NCBI GenBank assembly: GCA_963806225.1
Contig: CAWDXG010000004.1
Location: forward strand, 5,088,001 to 5,152,000
Reading direction: 5' to 3'
Origin: an uncultured delta proteobacterium
Lineage (GTDB): Bacteria > Myxococcota_A > Polyangia > Polyangiales > Polyangiaceae
DNA: 64,000 nt
The translations under genes and the position numbers were made by a program. A model generated the notes under the pieces. The model saw nothing but the letters and a program-made list of their open reading frames with translations. It was not told the origin of the DNA and did no database searches. Below are positions 61,473 through 64,000 of this stretch, piece after piece. Each line of letters opens with the position of its first letter. The stretch's first letter is position 1.

Positions 61473-62546
61473 ATGGAGCGCGTGCTGGTGGCCATGAGCG
61501 GCGGCGTGGACTCGTCGCTGGCGGCAGCGCGTCTGGCGCGGGACGGCTTCGACGTGGTCGGGGTCACGCTGCACCTGTGGGACTATCCCGACGACGGCTC
61601 GGTGCGCGGCCGCTGCTGTGCGCCGGAGGACGTGCACGACGCGCGGCGGGTGGCGGATGTGCTCGGCATTCCCCACTTCGCCTTCGATCGCCGCGAGCTG
61701 TTCCGCGCCGAGGTCGTGGATCCGTTCGTCGACGCCTATCTCGAGGGTCGCACGCCAAGCCCCTGCGTCCGCTGCAATCGTGGCGTGAAGATGCGCGAGC
61801 TCATGCATCTCGCCGAGCGGCTGTCCGCCGATTCGGTCGCCACCGGTCACTACGCGCGCATCGAGCGGCAGGGCGGCGTGCCGCGGCTGCTGCGCGCCGT
61901 GGACCGCGACAAGGACCAGAGCTACTTCCTGCACATGCTGGCGCCGGAGGTGCTGGCGCGCCTGCGTTTCCCGCTGGGAGACGCGACGAAGTCCGAGGTC
62001 CGCGAGGAGGCGCAACGCCTCGGACTGCCCGGCGCGACCAAGGGGGAGAGCCAGGAGCTGTGCTTCGTGCCGAGCGGCCGGTATGATCGCTTCGTGGCGG
62101 AGCAATCCGGCGGGCGTACCAGGCCAGGGGCCATCGTGGACGAGGCGGGGCGCCGTGTCGGAGTCCACGACGGCATCCACGGCTTCACCATCGGGCAGCG
62201 CAGGAATCTCGGCGTTTCGCTGGGGCATCGCGCGTACGTCGTGGGGTTGGATGCCGACGACGGCACGGTGCGGCTCGGCCCCCGCGAGGCGCTCGAGAGC
62301 CACGGCGCCCAGGTCGGCGACGTGTCGCTCGCCGACGACGTATCGCTGCCGGTGCGCTGCGAGGTCGCGGTCCGCTACCGCGGTGAGCCGCGTCCGGCCC
62401 AACTCGTGCCCCGGGCGCAGGGCGTCGAGGTCAGGTTCGACGAGCCGGTGAGCGCAGTCGTGCCGGGGCAGTTCGCGGTGTTCTACCGCGGCGATCGCGT
62501 GCTCGGTGGCGGCAGCATCGAAACCGCGCTGGGAGGCGACGCATGA
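61473..62546 (+). CDS. mnmA: tRNA 2-thiouridine synthase MnmA
   Basis: AMSGGVDSS, CC, PCVRCN, ATGHY, KDQSYFL, ESQELCF, TIGQR, PGQFAV. Confidence 0.96.
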   Translation: MERVLVAMSGGVDSSLAAARLARDGFDVVGVTLHLWDYPDDGSVRGRCCAPEDVHDARRVADVLGIPHFAFDRRELFRAEVVDPFVDAYLEGRTPSPCVRCNRGVKMRELMHLAERLSADSVATGHYARIERQGGVPRLLRAVDRDKDQSYFLHMLAPEVLARLRFPLGDATKSEVREEAQRLGLPGATKGESQELCFVPSGRYDRFVAEQSGGRTRPGAIVDEAGRRVGVHDGIHGFTIGQRRNLGVSLGHRAYVVGLDADDGTVRLGPREALESHGAQVGDVSLADDVSLPVRCEVAVRYRGEPRPAQLVPRAQGVEVRFDEPVSAVVPGQFAVFYRGDRVLGGGSIETALGGDA

Positions 62547-63175
62547 GCGGGTCTGCACGCGTCCTGGCGCTGCTGCTCGGAGCCGCCCTGCTCGCTGGCT
62601 GCTCCACCGGCGAAGGCGAAGGCTGGGTGCGGAGCGACAAGCTCTACGTCCAGGACTGCTGGAACGGGAAGTTCGATCTCCAGCCGACCTTCTTCGGCGA
62701 CAACCCCTACCGGAACACGCAGCTCATCCGCGTCCAGCGCGGCGACAACCTCGAGGAGGTCTCCGACGGCGTGACCGCGCTCGTCAACGATGTGAGCGGA
62801 ATCCGCGACGCCCAGCTGGACACCGGCATCAAGGTCGGCCTGCCCCCGGGCGTCTCGCCGCCCGGTGTTCCGATCAAATACAACCCGAACCCGCCCAAGG
62901 TGAGCCTCGCCCTGTACCTGCACGACACCTGCCACGCGCAGAACGGCACGCTGTACTCGGTGGACGGCACGATCACCTTCAGCTCTCTGTTCAGCGGCGA
63001 CCCCAACGAGTCGAACGCCGACGATCGGCTCACCGAAGCGCATTTCGAGGCCGAATTCGTCGATCCGCGCGACCAGCAGGCGGACGGCAGCTACGACCCG
63101 GCCAAGAAGAGCTCCGTGCAGGGCCACTTCCGCTTCTTCTTCCAGCGGGGCCAACCTGCCCAGCCCTTCCCGTAG
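62543..63175 (+). CDS. Lipoprotein of unknown function
   Basis: LLAGC lipobox; ATGA overlap with mnmA; ends FQRGQPAQPFP. Confidence 0.8.
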   Translation: MSGSARVLALLLGAALLAGCSTGEGEGWVRSDKLYVQDCWNGKFDLQPTFFGDNPYRNTQLIRVQRGDNLEEVSDGVTALVNDVSGIRDAQLDTGIKVGLPPGVSPPGVPIKYNPNPPKVSLALYLHDTCHAQNGTLYSVDGTITFSSLFSGDPNESNADDRLTEAHFEAEFVDPRDQQADGSYDPAKKSSVQGHFRFFFQRGQPAQPFP

Positions 63176-63346
63176 TTCTCGGCTTTCCGGCCGAACCGGG
63201 CGTATGTGCGCGTGCGTGGAGGTGCGACATCAGTGCCGCCCCGGGCGCGTCGGGCCTGCACTTTTCGTCGCGGTGTTGCATACTTCAAGCACCGGCCCCG
63301 TGGGTTGATCCGGCCATGGGCCGCCGATACGCTTCAAGAAAATTCC

Positions 63347-64000
63347 ATGAGTGGTGTCTCCAGCGCGCGGCGCACGGTCCTAGTCGCATTTTCTGCCTTT
63401 GTCTGCGCGCTCCTGTGCGTGGCAACGCCCGCGGCTGCCACGTCGACGGCATTCGGTCAGGCGGACGCTGCCTGGCACCAGGGCGAACTCGAGAAGGCGC
63501 AGAAGCTGTACGAGAAGGCGCTCTCCGTAGGCGGCCTCGAGCCGCAGGATGTCGTCATCGCCTATTCGCGCGTCGGCACGGTGAAGGCGGCGCTCCACGA
63601 CAAGAACGGGGCGCTCAGCGCCTTCCGCATCGCGGCCGCGATCGATCCGAAATTCGAGCTGCCGGCCGATAGCGGGCGGGCAGCGAAGTCGCTGTATGCG
63701 CAGGCACGCAAGGAGGCCGCCCGACAGGGTGAGCGGCTGAGCCTTCACGTTGCCGTTCCGGACAACGTTCCCGCGCACCAACCGTTCACGGTGGAGACGA
63801 CGATTCCCTCTGGATTCGCCGTGCTGGTGGCGAACGTCGAAGTGACGATCGAGGACCCGCTCACCAAGAAGAAGTGGCGCAAGAGCAAGCCTGCCGAGGC
63901 CGCGCTCAGCTTCCAGTTCCCGAGCCGCGTCGCGATTCCCGGTGCGCACCTGAAGGTGCATTCACGCGCCGTCGACGGGCAGAACAACGCCTGGGCGGCC
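63347..64000 (+). CDS. Exported TPR-like protein (3' truncated by window edge)
   Basis: MSGVSSARRTVLVAFSAFVCALLCVATPAAA signal; GELEKAQKLYEKAL...ALSAFRIAAAIDP; frame open to window end. Confidence 0.7.
   Translation, partial: MSGVSSARRTVLVAFSAFVCALLCVATPAAATSTAFGQADAAWHQGELEKAQKLYEKALSVGGLEPQDVVIAYSRVGTVKAALHDKNGALSAFRIAAAIDPKFELPADSGRAAKSLYAQARKEAARQGERLSLHVAVPDNVPAHQPFTVETTIPSGFAVLVANVEVTIEDPLTKKKWRKSKPAEAALSFQFPSRVAIPGAHLKVHSRAVDGQNNAWAA

Overview
GC-rich (~70%) bacterial chromosomal window with gene content typical of Myxococcota, most like Polyangia/Polyangiaceae (Cys-rich repeat lipoproteins, Pro-rich linkers, Hanks-type kinase, FHA and PP2C proteins, ECF cassette, CdnL/CarD, PilZ and HD-GYP proteins). 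About 57 protein genes mix housekeeping functions (psd, prfA, rpmE, smpB, double-length uvrA, def, fabH, slyD, PduO-type adenosyltransferase, tyrS, ihfB, lipB, mnmA) with envelope, lipid and signalling genes. I saw no rRNA, tRNA, CRISPR array, transposase, integrase or prophage. Three genes (uvrA twice, the kinase, a GAF protein) carry single-base frameshifts that look like read or assembly errors. The most interesting signals are: an orphan FliA-like sigma factor plus T3SS inner-rod (SctI/HrpB2)-like pair; three sigma54-type promoters in front of a 23-repeat Cys-rich lipoprotein and two unannotated small proteins, one with a structured leader; a transmembrane peptide hidden in frame after a UGA; a psd / methyltransferase / AGPS-like lipid neighbourhood; a Tat DUF362 plus polyferredoxin operon behind a perfect palindrome; and a hypothetical gene in the usual prmC position. 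All family assignments come from motif recognition only; no database search was run.
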